From: Acidobacteriota bacterium
GTDB taxonomy: Bacteria; Acidobacteriota; UBA4820; DSQY01
Assembly: GCA_049967655.1 (NCBI GenBank)
Contig: JBMFSH010000006.1
Coordinates: 32,001 to 96,000 of the forward strand
DNA: 64,000 nucleotides
Direction of reading: 5' to 3'
The notes under the pieces are model-generated. The model searched no databases and was not told the origin of the DNA. It worked only from the letters and a program-made list of their open reading frames with translations. Below, piece after piece: positions 7,987-18,048 of the stretch. A program made the position numbers and the translations under genes. Position 1 is the first letter of the stretch. Each line of letters begins with the position of its first letter.

Positions 7987-10900
7987 TCAACCCTTTCCTT
8001 CCAACATCCTGGCCAGCTCCGCCGCGGGCATGGGGCGGGCACAGTGGAAGCCCTGCACGGCGTCACAGCCGATGCCGGCCAGGAAGTGGAGCTGCTCGGC
8101 CGTCTCCACCCCTTCGGCCACGACCGAGAGGTGCAAGCCATGAGAGAGGTTGATGATGGCCTGCACGATGGCGACGTCACGGAGGTCCAGCGGTAGCTCC
8201 CTGACGAAAGCCTGCGGTATCTTCAGCAAGCGGATGGGAAGCTGCTTCAAGTACATGAGGGAGGAGTAGCCAGAGCCGAAGTCGTCGATGGCGATGGCGA
8301 CCCCCATCTCATCGAGCTGGTTGAGAATGCGCATGGTGCTCGCCAGGTCCCACATGGCCGTGGCCTCCGTGATTTCGAGTACGAGCTGTGAAGAGGGCAG
8401 TTCCGTCTCTTCGAGAATCGCATGGACCAGGGCAGCCGACCCCGGCTTCAGAAACTGGCGTGCCGAGAGGTTGACGGAGACGGGAACCTGGAGGAAGCCG
8501 GCGTCGTTCCAGGCTCGGCGTTGGGTGCACGCGGTCCTGAGCATCCACTGGTCGATGGAGAGAATGAGGTCGCTCTCCTCGGCCACCTCGATGAAGCTCC
8601 CTGGCAAGACGAGCTCCCCTTCCTCTTGCCGCCATCGCACGAGGGCCTCCACGCCGAGGACGCGCTCGCTCGTGCTCGCCTGGATGATCTGGTAGAAGGC
8701 CTCCAGCTCACCCCTCTCCAGCGCGCGGCGCAGCCTCTGCCTCAAATCCGCCCGCTCTGAGACCATCCGGCTCATGCTCTCGGTGAAAAATTCCACGGTG
8801 GCCCCGCCGTAGCGCTTGGCTCTCCCCATGGCAATGTCGGCGCAGCGCAGGAGCGCCTCGGGAGTGGGGCCATCTTCGGGGTAGAAACTGACTCCAGCGG
8901 AGAAGCCGAGGTGATAGTCCTGGGAAGCTACCCGGATAGGCGGACGGAACGTTTCGGTGAGAAGGCGTAAGTAGGCATCCACCCCCTTGCATCGCTCCTC
9001 TCCCGCCAACACGAGGACGAATTCATCGCTCCCTAAGCGGGAAGCCTCGCTGTTCGGCAGGCGGATCAGGCGGCGCGCCGTTTCCCGCAGCAGTTCGTCC
9101 CCCACCTCTTGGCCGACCGTATCGTTGATTTCTTTGAAACGGTCCAGACCCAGCAGGATGACCGCGAGTCTCTCCCGGCCACGGGCGCAGTTATCCAGAT
9201 GCTTGGAGAGGCGGTCCTGGAGGAGCAGGCGGTTGGGGAGGCCCGTAAGACCATCGTAGTGGGCGAGGTAGGCGAGCTGTTCCTCGGCCTGTTTGCGGTC
9301 CGTGATGTCGAAGGCCATCACCACGACGGCGTTCTGTCCGCCGTAGGGGATCTCGCTGGCAGTGAAATCCATCCAGCGGGGCTGGCCAGCTTTGGTGACG
9401 ATCTTGAATTCGTAGTGGGAGGGAACGCTCTCCCCCTTCTGGCGCGCCATGCCCCGCTGCCGGACCAACTCGCGATGGTCAGGGTGAACGAGCTCCCAGA
9501 AGCGAAGCCGCAGGAACTCTTCACGGCTGTAGCCGGTCATCGCCAGAGCGGCGGGATTGCCATAGAGGATCCGTTCGCCCTGGTAGATGAGGATCCCGGC
9601 GGCGCTCGCCTCGGTAAGCATGCGGAACTTGTGCTCACTATTTCGAAGGGCCTCTTCTCCACGCATGCGTTCGATGGCCATGGCAACCTGGCTCGCCACG
9701 AGCGTGAGGGACTCCTGGTGTCTCGGTTCGAATCGAACCTCGTCGCCGTAGGAATAAACGCCCATGACACCGAGCAATCGGTCTTTCAGGCGAAGGGGCA
9801 CTCCCAGCCATGCGGTACAGTTGAGGACGCCGGCAGCCACCTCGTCCGAAGCGGCCAGATCACGAAGCCTCGAAGCGTCTGCCAGCAAGGGCTTCCGGTG
9901 ATCGAAAACCCACCGTTCGGGCCCATGATCCGGTGCGGCGCAGGGTGTATCTTCGGACCGCTCATCTGCCCGGTAGGCGTAGGCAAGGCCTGCCGTTTCC
10001 TGTCGCTCCAGGACCACGAAAAAATTGCGCGCCGGGACCAAGTGCTGCAAAGCCTCGTGAACTGCGGGCAGGAATCGGTCGAGCGAATCCGCGGAGAGGG
10101 AGGCCTGGGCAATGGCGTAGAGCGCCGACTGGAGCCGTTCACTGCGCCGGCGCTCGGTGATGTCCACCAAGGTGACGACCCCGGCTGGCTTCCCGTTCAT
10201 GTGTGCCCTGGCCAGGGTGCAATCCACCCATCGGCGCTGGCCGTGCTTGGTGATGATCTGCAAATCGAAGCGTCGGGGAGCGAACTCGCCGGCGAGGCAA
10301 GCCCGGCCCAGCTCGCGGACCTGGCCGCGAAAGCGCGGATGGACTCCTTCCCAGAAAAACATGGCTTGGAGCTCCTCGAAGCTGGCTTCCGCGATCTCCA
10401 AGGCGGAGGAGTTAGCGTAGACGAAACGGTCCTCCTGAAAGACGAGGATACCGGCGGCGCTCGTCTCCGCGAGGGTCTTGAAGCGGGCCTCGCTCTCTCG
10501 CACCTCCTCCTCCGCCTGCTTCAGGGCCGTGATGTCGATCATGCTTCCCTCTAAAACCGGCTCCTCATAGCGGGGATCGTCGACGAGGGTGACGTTTTCG
10601 AGAATCCAGGCTGGCGAGCCATCCAACCGCCGACACAGCCACTGGAGATTGGTGATCTCTCCCATCTCGCGAAGCTGGGCGAGGTAAGCCTCGCGGTCTT
10701 CCGAACGGGGAAAGATCTCTTCAGCGGAATGGCGCATCATCTCCTCGACTGAAGCCGCTCCGAAGATTGAGGCCAAGCGCTCGTTGCACTCCAGGATCCT
10801 TCCGTCTTGGGCGGTTCGGAAAACCCCAGCCACGTTTCGTTCGAAGAGCAGGCGGAAGCGTTCCTCCCGTTCCCGAAAGGCCCTCTCTGCCTGCTCCCTT

Positions 10901-12228
10901 TTCTGGCGCTCGGCGAAAGCAGTGAGAGCGTATTCCAGATCGCCCGCCAGTTCTGCGAGCAAGGCCCTCTCCTCGGATTCGAAGGTGTGCCCTTGGCTGG
11001 CGTACACGGTCAAGGCGCCTCGGAGGTCGCCCCCCTGGCGCAGCGGGAGAATAGCCACGAGCCCGAGACCGCAGGCGCGTACCGGCTCCCGCCAGGGCTC
11101 GTACAGGGGATCGGATTGCGCGTTGTGAATGGTGACGATGGGTTCCTGCAGGCGGGAAAGGACGGCCTCGATCACGGGGCACTGAAAATCGCCCCCGTGG
11201 ACGAGAGCGCAGAAGCCGGATGCCGCACCGTTCTGAAAGCCCGCCACCCAGCGTCCGCTCCCTGGCTCCCGGAGCAGGGCGCATGCGAGGGGATACCCGC
11301 CCTCCGCCGTCAGGATGCGGCAAGTCTCGCTCAGCACGGCCCGGTCGCTCTCCGCCCGCACCAGCATCTGGTTGATCGCGGAGAGGGTGCGGTAGAGTCG
11401 GTTTTGCTGTGCGAGTCTGGCCTCTGCGAGCTTGCGCTCGCTGATGTCCCAGACCGAATCGATGAGGGCCGGCTTCCCCCTGAAAAGGGTTCTCCCCACG
11501 CTGAGATCGATCCAGCGCTCCTGCCCGTCCTTCCGAAGGATCTTGAACTCGTAGCGGTGGGGCGGATCGGCCCCGCGAAGGCGCGAGGCCGTGCGCGAAC
11601 CCACGAGCTCCCTGAAATCGGGATGGACCACCTGCAGGAAATGCATGGAGAGTAGTTCTTCCCTGGTGTAGCCCGTGAGCGCCTCCGCGGCCCGGTTGAC
11701 CTCCACGAAGTGCTGGTCCTGGAGAATGAAGATGGTCGCGGCCGCTCCGTCCACCAATGCATGGAAATGGGCCTCCAACTCGTGGAAGCGCTCCTCGGCC
11801 TGTTTCCGCTCCGAGATGTCCCGCGCGACGACAATCCAGGATTGCGCCCTGTTAAACGTCAGAGGGCGGACGGCCATTTCGGCCGGGAAGGGACCCCTCT
11901 GCCGGTGGAGCTGAACGGTTTCAAACACCGGAATATCGGTATTGGGGCTTGAGCGGAAGCGCTCTTCTACGAAGGCAGCCGTTCCTTTGGCCTGCAGATC
12001 GGCCAGAGAAAGGCTCCTCAGCTCCTTTTCCTTCCAGCCGTACATGCTTTCAGCGGCCCGGTTGGCCTCCAGGATGCGCCCCTTGGCGTCCGTCAGCAGG
12101 ACGGCGTCCCGGCCAACCTCCCAAAGGGACAGGAGAAAAGCCGGTCTAACCCCAGGCCCTTTGCCGGAGGCGCTTCGGTTGAGGCGGTCCCGGCCAGCCT
12201 TGGAGTGACGCGTGCGCTGCTCATCCAT
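7987..12228 (-). CDS. Multi-PAS/GAF sensor GGDEF-EAL protein (probable c-di-GMP phosphodiesterase)
   Basis: Five PAS/PAC domains (DISERK/DITERR ends) and two GAF domains; degenerate GSDEF; EAL, DDFGSGYSS and AEGVE intact. Confidence 0.9.
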   Translation of the reverse strand: MDEQRTRHSKAGRDRLNRSASGKGPGVRPAFLLSLWEVGRDAVLLTDAKGRILEANRAAESMYGWKEKELRSLSLADLQAKGTAAFVEERFRSSPNTDIPVFETVQLHRQRGPFPAEMAVRPLTFNRAQSWIVVARDISERKQAEERFHELEAHFHALVDGAAATIFILQDQHFVEVNRAAEALTGYTREELLSMHFLQVVHPDFRELVGSRTASRLRGADPPHRYEFKILRKDGQERWIDLSVGRTLFRGKPALIDSVWDISERKLAEARLAQQNRLYRTLSAINQMLVRAESDRAVLSETCRILTAEGGYPLACALLREPGSGRWVAGFQNGAASGFCALVHGGDFQCPVIEAVLSRLQEPIVTIHNAQSDPLYEPWREPVRACGLGLVAILPLRQGGDLRGALTVYASQGHTFESEERALLAELAGDLEYALTAFAERQKREQAERAFREREERFRLLFERNVAGVFRTAQDGRILECNERLASIFGAASVEEMMRHSAEEIFPRSEDREAYLAQLREMGEITNLQWLCRRLDGSPAWILENVTLVDDPRYEEPVLEGSMIDITALKQAEEEVRESEARFKTLAETSAAGILVFQEDRFVYANSSALEIAEASFEELQAMFFWEGVHPRFRGQVRELGRACLAGEFAPRRFDLQIITKHGQRRWVDCTLARAHMNGKPAGVVTLVDITERRRSERLQSALYAIAQASLSADSLDRFLPAVHEALQHLVPARNFFVVLERQETAGLAYAYRADERSEDTPCAAPDHGPERWVFDHRKPLLADASRLRDLAASDEVAAGVLNCTAWLGVPLRLKDRLLGVMGVYSYGDEVRFEPRHQESLTLVASQVAMAIERMRGEEALRNSEHKFRMLTEASAAGILIYQGERILYGNPAALAMTGYSREEFLRLRFWELVHPDHRELVRQRGMARQKGESVPSHYEFKIVTKAGQPRWMDFTASEIPYGGQNAVVVMAFDITDRKQAEEQLAYLAHYDGLTGLPNRLLLQDRLSKHLDNCARGRERLAVILLGLDRFKEINDTVGQEVGDELLRETARRLIRLPNSEASRLGSDEFVLVLAGEERCKGVDAYLRLLTETFRPPIRVASQDYHLGFSAGVSFYPEDGPTPEALLRCADIAMGRAKRYGGATVEFFTESMSRMVSERADLRQRLRRALERGELEAFYQIIQASTSERVLGVEALVRWRQEEGELVLPGSFIEVAEESDLILSIDQWMLRTACTQRRAWNDAGFLQVPVSVNLSARQFLKPGSAALVHAILEETELPSSQLVLEITEATAMWDLASTMRILNQLDEMGVAIAIDDFGSGYSSLMYLKQLPIRLLKIPQAFVRELPLDLRDVAIVQAIINLSHGLHLSVVAEGVETAEQLHFLAGIGCDAVQGFHCARPMPAAELARMLEGKG

Positions 12229-12875
12229 CCGCGGCCTCCATCGGGCGCCCGGAAAGCCCTGGGAATGCGTCGTTATTACCCTGCTCCGCTAGCCCCTGTG
12301 CTCTTTCCATTCTCGATCGGCCTCAAGCAAGTCTCGTGTCCGATACCGCAAAAGTCAACAGGCCCTGCACCTCTGAGTGATTCCATCCTAGCACCTTTTA
12401 GCCCATCTTCCGCCATGGCCTGGCGCAAAGGCGTACCTCCACGCCGCGCTTCGCCTGGTGGTGGGTGAAGAGGCCGAGGTAGCCCGGGGCGGTGGGGGGA
12501 AGGCTCGTGCGGTGAGGTTGCGGTGCGCGGCACAGGAATGCGCCGTTGTTGCACGAACCGGCGCTCATCACCAAACCGGCGGCCGGGGCGACGCCAGGGG
12601 GCTGGCCTGATGAGGGAATTCCTGTCGGACTCGCATGGAGGTCCAGGCAACTGGGTGGAGGCGGGAGAGAGGAAGGGTGGTGATGTCTTCAAAACCGTAA
12701 TGGGGTTGCCTACTGTCGGACACGCCTATGGCTTGACTTTACCCGAGCCCAGGGCCGCGCTGCGGCCCTGGGCGCCCGGACCTCCCGCTGAGCCCGAGAG
12801 GCTCCTTGGGCCAGCCCCTTTCTTCCAAGCCTACTGCGCCCAACCGGCCAGCGTTTCTCGGCCACCTGCGCAGGC

Positions 12876-13856
12876 TTACCAGTTGAGCACGTATCCAAAG
12901 AGCAGCGGCGCCACGATGGTCGCGTCCGATTCGATGACGAACTTTGGCGTTTCCTTTCCCAGTTTGCCCCAGGTGATCTTCTCGTTGGGCACGGCCCCGG
13001 AATAGGACCCGTACGAGGTCGTGGAATCGCTGATCTGGCAGAAGTAGGCCCAGAGCGGCACGTCCTCACGGCGGAGGTCCTGGTGGAGCATGGGAACCAC
13101 GCAGATCGGAAAATCGCCGGAGATCCCTCCCCCGATTTGAAAGAAACCGATGCCCGCCCCGGGACGTGCGTTCGCGAGGTACCATTCCGCCAAGGCAACC
13201 ATGGACTCCACGCCGGTTCTCACCGTATGAATGTTCCTCAAATCACCCGCCATGCAGTGCGCGGCGTACATGTTGCCTAAGGTCGAATCCTCCCACCCGG
13301 GAACGAATAGGGGCAGGTTTCGCTCGGAAGCGGCCATCAACCAACTATCCTTGGGATCGATCTGGTAGGAGTCCCGGAGGGTACCCTCGCGGAGAATCTT
13401 ATAAAAGAACTCATGGGGAAAGAAACGTTCCTTCCGCCGTTCAGCCTGGGTCCACTCGCGCAGAACCGCACCCTCGATCCGCCGCATGGCCTCCTCTTCG
13501 GGGATGCAGGTGTCCGTCACCCGGTTCAGGTGGTCTTCCAGGAGGCTCTGCTCGTCTTCGGGCGTGAGGTCCCGGTAGTGAGGAACCCGGACGTAGTGAT
13601 CGTGGGCCACCAGGTTGAACACGTCCTCCTCCAGGTTGGCCCCCGTGCAGCAGATGGCGTGGACCTTCTCCTGCCGGATCATTTCGGCCAAAGAGAGGCC
13701 CAGCTCGGCGGTGCTCATGGCCCCCCCGAGGGTCACCAGCATCTTGCCCCCCCTCGCCAGGTGGGCCTCGTACGCCCTCGCGGCGTCCATCAGCGCTGCA
13801 GCGTTGAAGTGCCTGAAATGGTGGAGCAGATACTCAGAAATCGGTCCTCTACCCAT
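12876..13856 (-). CDS. Deoxyhypusine synthase-like protein (homospermidine synthesis type)
   Basis: GAMSTAELG, CTGANLEED, NRVTDTCIPEE and SYSGAVPNEKITWGK motifs. Confidence 0.9.
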   Translation of the reverse strand: MGRGPISEYLLHHFRHFNAAALMDAARAYEAHLARGGKMLVTLGGAMSTAELGLSLAEMIRQEKVHAICCTGANLEEDVFNLVAHDHYVRVPHYRDLTPEDEQSLLEDHLNRVTDTCIPEEEAMRRIEGAVLREWTQAERRKERFFPHEFFYKILREGTLRDSYQIDPKDSWLMAASERNLPLFVPGWEDSTLGNMYAAHCMAGDLRNIHTVRTGVESMVALAEWYLANARPGAGIGFFQIGGGISGDFPICVVPMLHQDLRREDVPLWAYFCQISDSTTSYGSYSGAVPNEKITWGKLGKETPKFVIESDATIVAPLLFGYVLNW

Positions 13857-14004
13857 GCTTTCTCTCCTCGTCGCGGGCCGCGCGTCCAGGAATCGCCCTC
13901 CGGCCACGGTCGGCCAGATCAGCGCGGCACATCATTATAGCCACGGCCTCCCCCTTTCGGAGCTCCCATCTGGCCGCCTCACAACGAGCTCCTTTTGAGA
14001 AGGT

Positions 14005-14052
14005 GCCCAATGAGTTGTATTGACACCGTCGGATAGCCGCATTATATTGTGG
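14005..14052 (+). promoter_or_regulatory. Sigma70 promoter (TTGACA-17-TATATT, 14020-14048) overlapped by tandem NrdR-like boxes (14005-14020, 14037-14052)
   Basis: gcccaatgagttgtat and ccgcattatattgtgg versus consensus acaCwAtATaTwGtgt; 32-bp spacing; upstream of nrdD. Confidence 0.7.
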
Positions 14053-14054
14053 CC

Positions 14055-14228
14055 GTCTCCGGTGCGCCCCTGGGCGCCGAAGAGGGAATCCGGTGTGAAG
14101 CCGGAACTGCCCCGCAGCGGTGAGCGGGAACGAAAGCCGCCAGGATGCACTGGCTCCCGAAGCTGGGAAGCGGCGGCCAGTAGGCGGGGGAAACCCCTGG
14201 CCCGCAAGTCCGAAGACCTGCCGGAGGC
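14055..14228 (+). ncRNA. Cobalamin (B12) riboswitch
   Basis: AAGAGGGAATCCGGTGTGAAGCCGGAACTGCCCCGCAGCGGTGA ... CACTGG ... GGGAAG ... B12 box AAGTCCGAAGACCTGCC. Confidence 0.93.
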
Positions 14229-14399
14229 TCGCGATACAGTCGCGAGTCAGGGCCGAAGCCTCCGCGGGGAGGCGAAAGGCGCCGGGCATGGTCCCCTCCG
14301 ATCCCGCCCGCTTCCTTTCTACCCCCTCGCAGGTTTGACCGGTTGTAGTCGTATTGGCTGACAGGAACGGGCATCCGCTTCGAGTGGAGGGAGCAGCGC

Positions 14400-14798
14400 A
14401 TGGGAGACGCGATCGAAACGAGATTCGTCGAGATGGTCTTTCCGAACCAAGTCAATCATTACGGGACGCTCTTTGGTGGCCACGCCCTTCATCTCATGGA
14501 CATGGCCGCCTTCATCGCCGCATCCCGCCACACTCGAAAAACGGTTGTGACAGTGGCTACGGAGAGGGTGGAATTCCGCGCGCCGGTCCATCAAGGCCAG
14601 CTCTTGGATGTGTCCGCCACCGTCGTCTCGGAGGGTCAAACGTCGGTCACGGTCGAGGTTCTCCTCCACTCCGAAGACCTCCTGAGCGGCGACCGCTTCC
14701 TGTGCACGCAAGGGCGCTTTGTCCTTGTGGCCGTGGATGAAAAGGGGCGGCCGGTATCCTTTGGCTCGGGCAAGCGCGGCGCGGAGGAGCGTCCATGA
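14400..14798 (+). CDS. Acyl-CoA thioesterase (HotDog, YciA-like)
   Basis: VFPNQVNHYGTLFGGHALHLMD, VVTV and FVLVAVDEKGRP motifs. Confidence 0.88.
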   Translation: MGDAIETRFVEMVFPNQVNHYGTLFGGHALHLMDMAAFIAASRHTRKTVVTVATERVEFRAPVHQGQLLDVSATVVSEGQTSVTVEVLLHSEDLLSGDRFLCTQGRFVLVAVDEKGRPVSFGSGKRGAEERP

Positions 14799-16819
14799 GA
14801 CCAGCCCTGGACTTTGTCCTCAAGCGCGATGGAACCCGCGCGCCCTTTGATCGCGCCAAGATCTTTTCCGCCCTTCAGAAAGCGGGCGCGGCCACGGGCG
14901 AATTCGGCGCCGACGAGGCCAGCCTCCTCCTTGCCCAGGTCCTCAAGGTCCTCGCCTACCGGTTCTCCACCCAGCCGCCGCACATCGAGCAGATCCAGGA
15001 CGTGGTCGAACAGGCGCTCATCAGCGCGAACCACCTCAAGACGGCGCGCGCCTACATCGTGTATCGAGAACAGCACGCCAGGCTCCGTGAGGACCATAGA
15101 ACGGTGGTCGAAGTGGGGAGCTCGATCAACGAATACCTCGAACAGCAGGACTGGAGGGTCAACGCCAACGCCAACCAGGGATACTCGCTGGGCGGCCTCA
15201 TTCTGAACGTCTCGGGCAAGGTGGTCGCCAACTACTGGCTCTCCCACGTCTACCCCCCCGAGGTGGGCGCAGCCCACCGCGAGGGAGACCTCCACATCCA
15301 CGACCTTGACATGCTGGCCGGCTACTGCGCCGGGTGGTCCCTGAGGATGCTGCTCACGGAGGGCCTCAACGGAGTGCCCGGCAAGGTCGAGGCAGGCCCC
15401 CCCCAGCACCTGTCGAGCGCCGTGGGGCAGATCGTCAACTTCCTGGGCACCCTTCAGAACGAGTGGGCCGGAGCGCAGGCGCTCTCCTCCTTCGATACCT
15501 ATCTGGCCCCCTTCATCCGCAAGGACGGCATGGCCTACGACGAAGTCCGACAGTGCATCCAGGAGATGGTCTACAACCTGAACGTGCCGTCGCGCTGGGG
15601 GACGCAGACGCCCTTCACCAACCTGACCTTCGATTGGACCTGCCCCGAGGATCTTCGGCGGCAGATCCCGGTCATCGGCGGGCGCGAAATGCCGTTCGTC
15701 TACGGCGACCTCCAGCGCGAAATGGATATGATCAACAGGGCATACATCGACGTCATGACCGCCGGCGATGCTAAAGGGCGGGTCTTCACCTTCCCCATTC
15801 CGACCTACAACATCACGTCCGACTTCCCGTGGGACTCCGAAAACGCGGCGCTCCTCTTCGAGATGACGGCGAAGTACGGACTGCCCTACTTCCAGAACTT
15901 CCTGAACTCGGACCTCAAGCCGAACATGATCCGGTCCATGTGCTGCCGCTTGCAGCTGGATCTTCGCGAACTGCTCAAGCGGGGCAACGGCCTCTTCGGC
16001 AGCGCCGAGCAGACGGGCAGCGTGGGCGTGGTGACGGTCAATTGCGCCAGGCTGGGCTATCTCCACCGAGGGGACGAGGCGAGGCTCCTGGCACAGCTCA
16101 ACCACCTCCTCGACCTTGGAAAGACCAGTCTGGAGATAAAGAGAAAGGTGATCCAACGCCACATGGACGCAGGGCTCTTTCCGTACACCAAGCGATACCT
16201 CGGCACCCTGCGAAACCACTTTTCGACGCTGGGGGTCAACGGCATCAACGAGATGGTCCGCAACTTCTCGGGCGATGCGGAGGATATCACGACGGCTGCG
16301 GGCCGGGCTCTGGCTCTGCGCTTCCTCGACCAGGTGCGGGCCCGCATCATGGAGTATCAGAAGGAGACCGGCCACCTCTACAACCTGGAAGCCACCCCTG
16401 CCGAGGGGACGACCTATCGCTTCGCGAAGGAGGACAGGAAGAGGTTCCCCGGCATCCTGCAAGCGGGTACCCCGCAAATGCCCTACTACACCAACTCCTC
16501 CCAGTTGCCGGTGGGCTTCACCGACGATCCCTTCGAAGCCCTGGCCCTCCAGGAGGAATTTCAAAAGAGGTACACCGGCGGCACCGTGCTTCATCTTTTC
16601 ATGGGCGAGCGGCTATCCAGCGGCAAGAGCTGCAAGACTCTCGTACGGAGGGCCTTGGAGCGCTTCAGGATCCCCTATATCACCGTCACGCCCACCTTTT
16701 CCATCTGCCCTCGCCACGGCTACCTGGCCGGAGAGTTCGAGTTCTGTCCCAAGTGCGACGAATTGGCCCTCGCCTCGAGGCGGGGCATGACGACCCCATC
16801 GAAAGGAGATCCGGCATGA
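14795..16819 (+). CDS. nrdD: Class III anaerobic ribonucleoside-triphosphate reductase, large part (ATP-cone; lacks Gly-radical tail)
   Basis: KRDG ATP-cone, HIHDL..YC, RSMCCRL, EATPAEG, YTGGTVLH and CPRH..CPKC motifs. Confidence 0.95.
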   Translation: MRPALDFVLKRDGTRAPFDRAKIFSALQKAGAATGEFGADEASLLLAQVLKVLAYRFSTQPPHIEQIQDVVEQALISANHLKTARAYIVYREQHARLREDHRTVVEVGSSINEYLEQQDWRVNANANQGYSLGGLILNVSGKVVANYWLSHVYPPEVGAAHREGDLHIHDLDMLAGYCAGWSLRMLLTEGLNGVPGKVEAGPPQHLSSAVGQIVNFLGTLQNEWAGAQALSSFDTYLAPFIRKDGMAYDEVRQCIQEMVYNLNVPSRWGTQTPFTNLTFDWTCPEDLRRQIPVIGGREMPFVYGDLQREMDMINRAYIDVMTAGDAKGRVFTFPIPTYNITSDFPWDSENAALLFEMTAKYGLPYFQNFLNSDLKPNMIRSMCCRLQLDLRELLKRGNGLFGSAEQTGSVGVVTVNCARLGYLHRGDEARLLAQLNHLLDLGKTSLEIKRKVIQRHMDAGLFPYTKRYLGTLRNHFSTLGVNGINEMVRNFSGDAEDITTAAGRALALRFLDQVRARIMEYQKETGHLYNLEATPAEGTTYRFAKEDRKRFPGILQAGTPQMPYYTNSSQLPVGFTDDPFEALALQEEFQKRYTGGTVLHLFMGERLSSGKSCKTLVRRALERFRIPYITVTPTFSICPRHGYLAGEFEFCPKCDELALASRRGMTTPSKGDPA

Positions 16820-17004
16820 CTGAGAAGACGGCAAACAGGGCGAACGACCGGGGAGAAGAACTCAGGGAAGAGGAGCGCCAGCGGTGTGAAATCTGGACGC
16901 GGGTCATGGGCTACCACCGACCGGTCTCCTCCTTCAACATCGGAAAGAAGGGTGAGTTCTACGAACGGCGGCCCTTCAAGGAGCCGACGGAAGAGCGCTC
17001 CTGA
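16816..17004 (+). CDS. Stand-alone NrdD glycyl-radical domain (split nrdD)
   Basis: MTEK...CEIWTRVMGYHRPVSSFNIGKKGEF; AGGAG RBS and ATGA overlap with the nrdD stop. Confidence 0.9.
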   Translation: MTEKTANRANDRGEELREEERQRCEIWTRVMGYHRPVSSFNIGKKGEFYERRPFKEPTEERS

Positions 17005-17005
17005 C

Positions 17006-17764
17006 ATGCCCGCGTGCGGGCTCCGTCTGGGCGGGATGACCCCCTTCTCCAGCATCGACTATCCGGGCGCCCTGTCGGCAGTGGTCTTCTGCCAGGGGTG
17101 CCCATGGCGCTGCCCTTACTGCCATAATCCCCACCTTCTCTCCTCCGCCACGCGCGGGGCCATAGACTGGAAGGAGGTGGAGCGGTTTCTGGCCAGCCGG
17201 CGCGGCCTGCTCGATGCGGTGGTCTTCAGCGGCGGCGAGCCGACGATGCAAGAGGAGCTCCTTCCCGCCCTCCTCGCGGCTAAGGCCATGGGCTTCTCGG
17301 TCGGGTTACACACGGGAGGTGCCTTTCCGCATCTTCTCGCGCAGGCGCTTCCTCACGTGGATTGGGTGGGCATGGACGCGAAAGCCCCCTTCGAGCGTTA
17401 CGAGGCCGTGACGGGCGTGCCAGGAAGCGGCCTCGCAGCGCGAGAAAGCCTGCGTAACATCCTGGCGAGCGGGTTGGCCTACGAGGTGCGGACGACCCTC
17501 TGCTGGCCAACCCTTTCTCCAGAAGACCTCGTGGTGCTGGGGGACGAACTGGCTGCCCTCGGTGTGCGCGTCTACTCGCTCCAGAGCTGCCGTTCAGGGA
17601 AACCGCACCCAGCGCCCCGTGGCTCCGACGATAACCTTTTCCGGTTTGCGGAGGCCGCGTCCAGAGTGGGCGGCCTCTTTCCCCTCTTTTCCTGGCCAGG
17701 CGACGATCGTGTGCGCTCTCCTGTGGTCCCACCGAGAAAGGGAGCCAGCGCGCGGGAGATTTGA
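17006..17764 (+). CDS. nrdG: Class III RNR activating radical SAM enzyme
   Basis: IDYPG..CQGCPWRCPYCHNP and VVFSGGEPT motifs. Confidence 0.92.
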   Translation: MPACGLRLGGMTPFSSIDYPGALSAVVFCQGCPWRCPYCHNPHLLSSATRGAIDWKEVERFLASRRGLLDAVVFSGGEPTMQEELLPALLAAKAMGFSVGLHTGGAFPHLLAQALPHVDWVGMDAKAPFERYEAVTGVPGSGLAARESLRNILASGLAYEVRTTLCWPTLSPEDLVVLGDELAALGVRVYSLQSCRSGKPHPAPRGSDDNLFRFAEAASRVGGLFPLFSWPGDDRVRSPVVPPRKGASAREI

Positions 17765-18048
17765 CCCACGGTGTTCACGGGGACGCTGGGATGTGAGCCG
17801 CCGAGGGTCCCAAATTCCGCGATGGAAACGCGGGTGCCTCCGACTACCGCTCGGGTTCACCGGGGAAAGGCGTTGTCTCCTGGACGGGGAGGGCCATGGC
17901 CTTGCCGCCCCGAACCGCGAGCTAAGCCCGACGGTTCGGGAGATTGCCTTGCGGGGCCCCGCTCCCCGGGCCAAACCCGTGGAGCCTCACCCCACCCTTG
18001 GTGTCTCGCCCTTATCGACCACCTGTCGGGAACTCTGGCCTCGAATGG

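Noticed and set aside
12229..12875. Gene or ncRNA in the long intergenic gap
   Set aside because: No frame I translated gave a recognisable motif; only a GC hairpin near 12746-12775, probably the terminator of the DHS-like gene.
14636..16594. Long antisense/alternate-frame ORFs (also 35583-37667, 51962-53863, 56338-58023)
   Set aside because: Shadow ORFs of GC-rich genes that have clear homology on the other strand.
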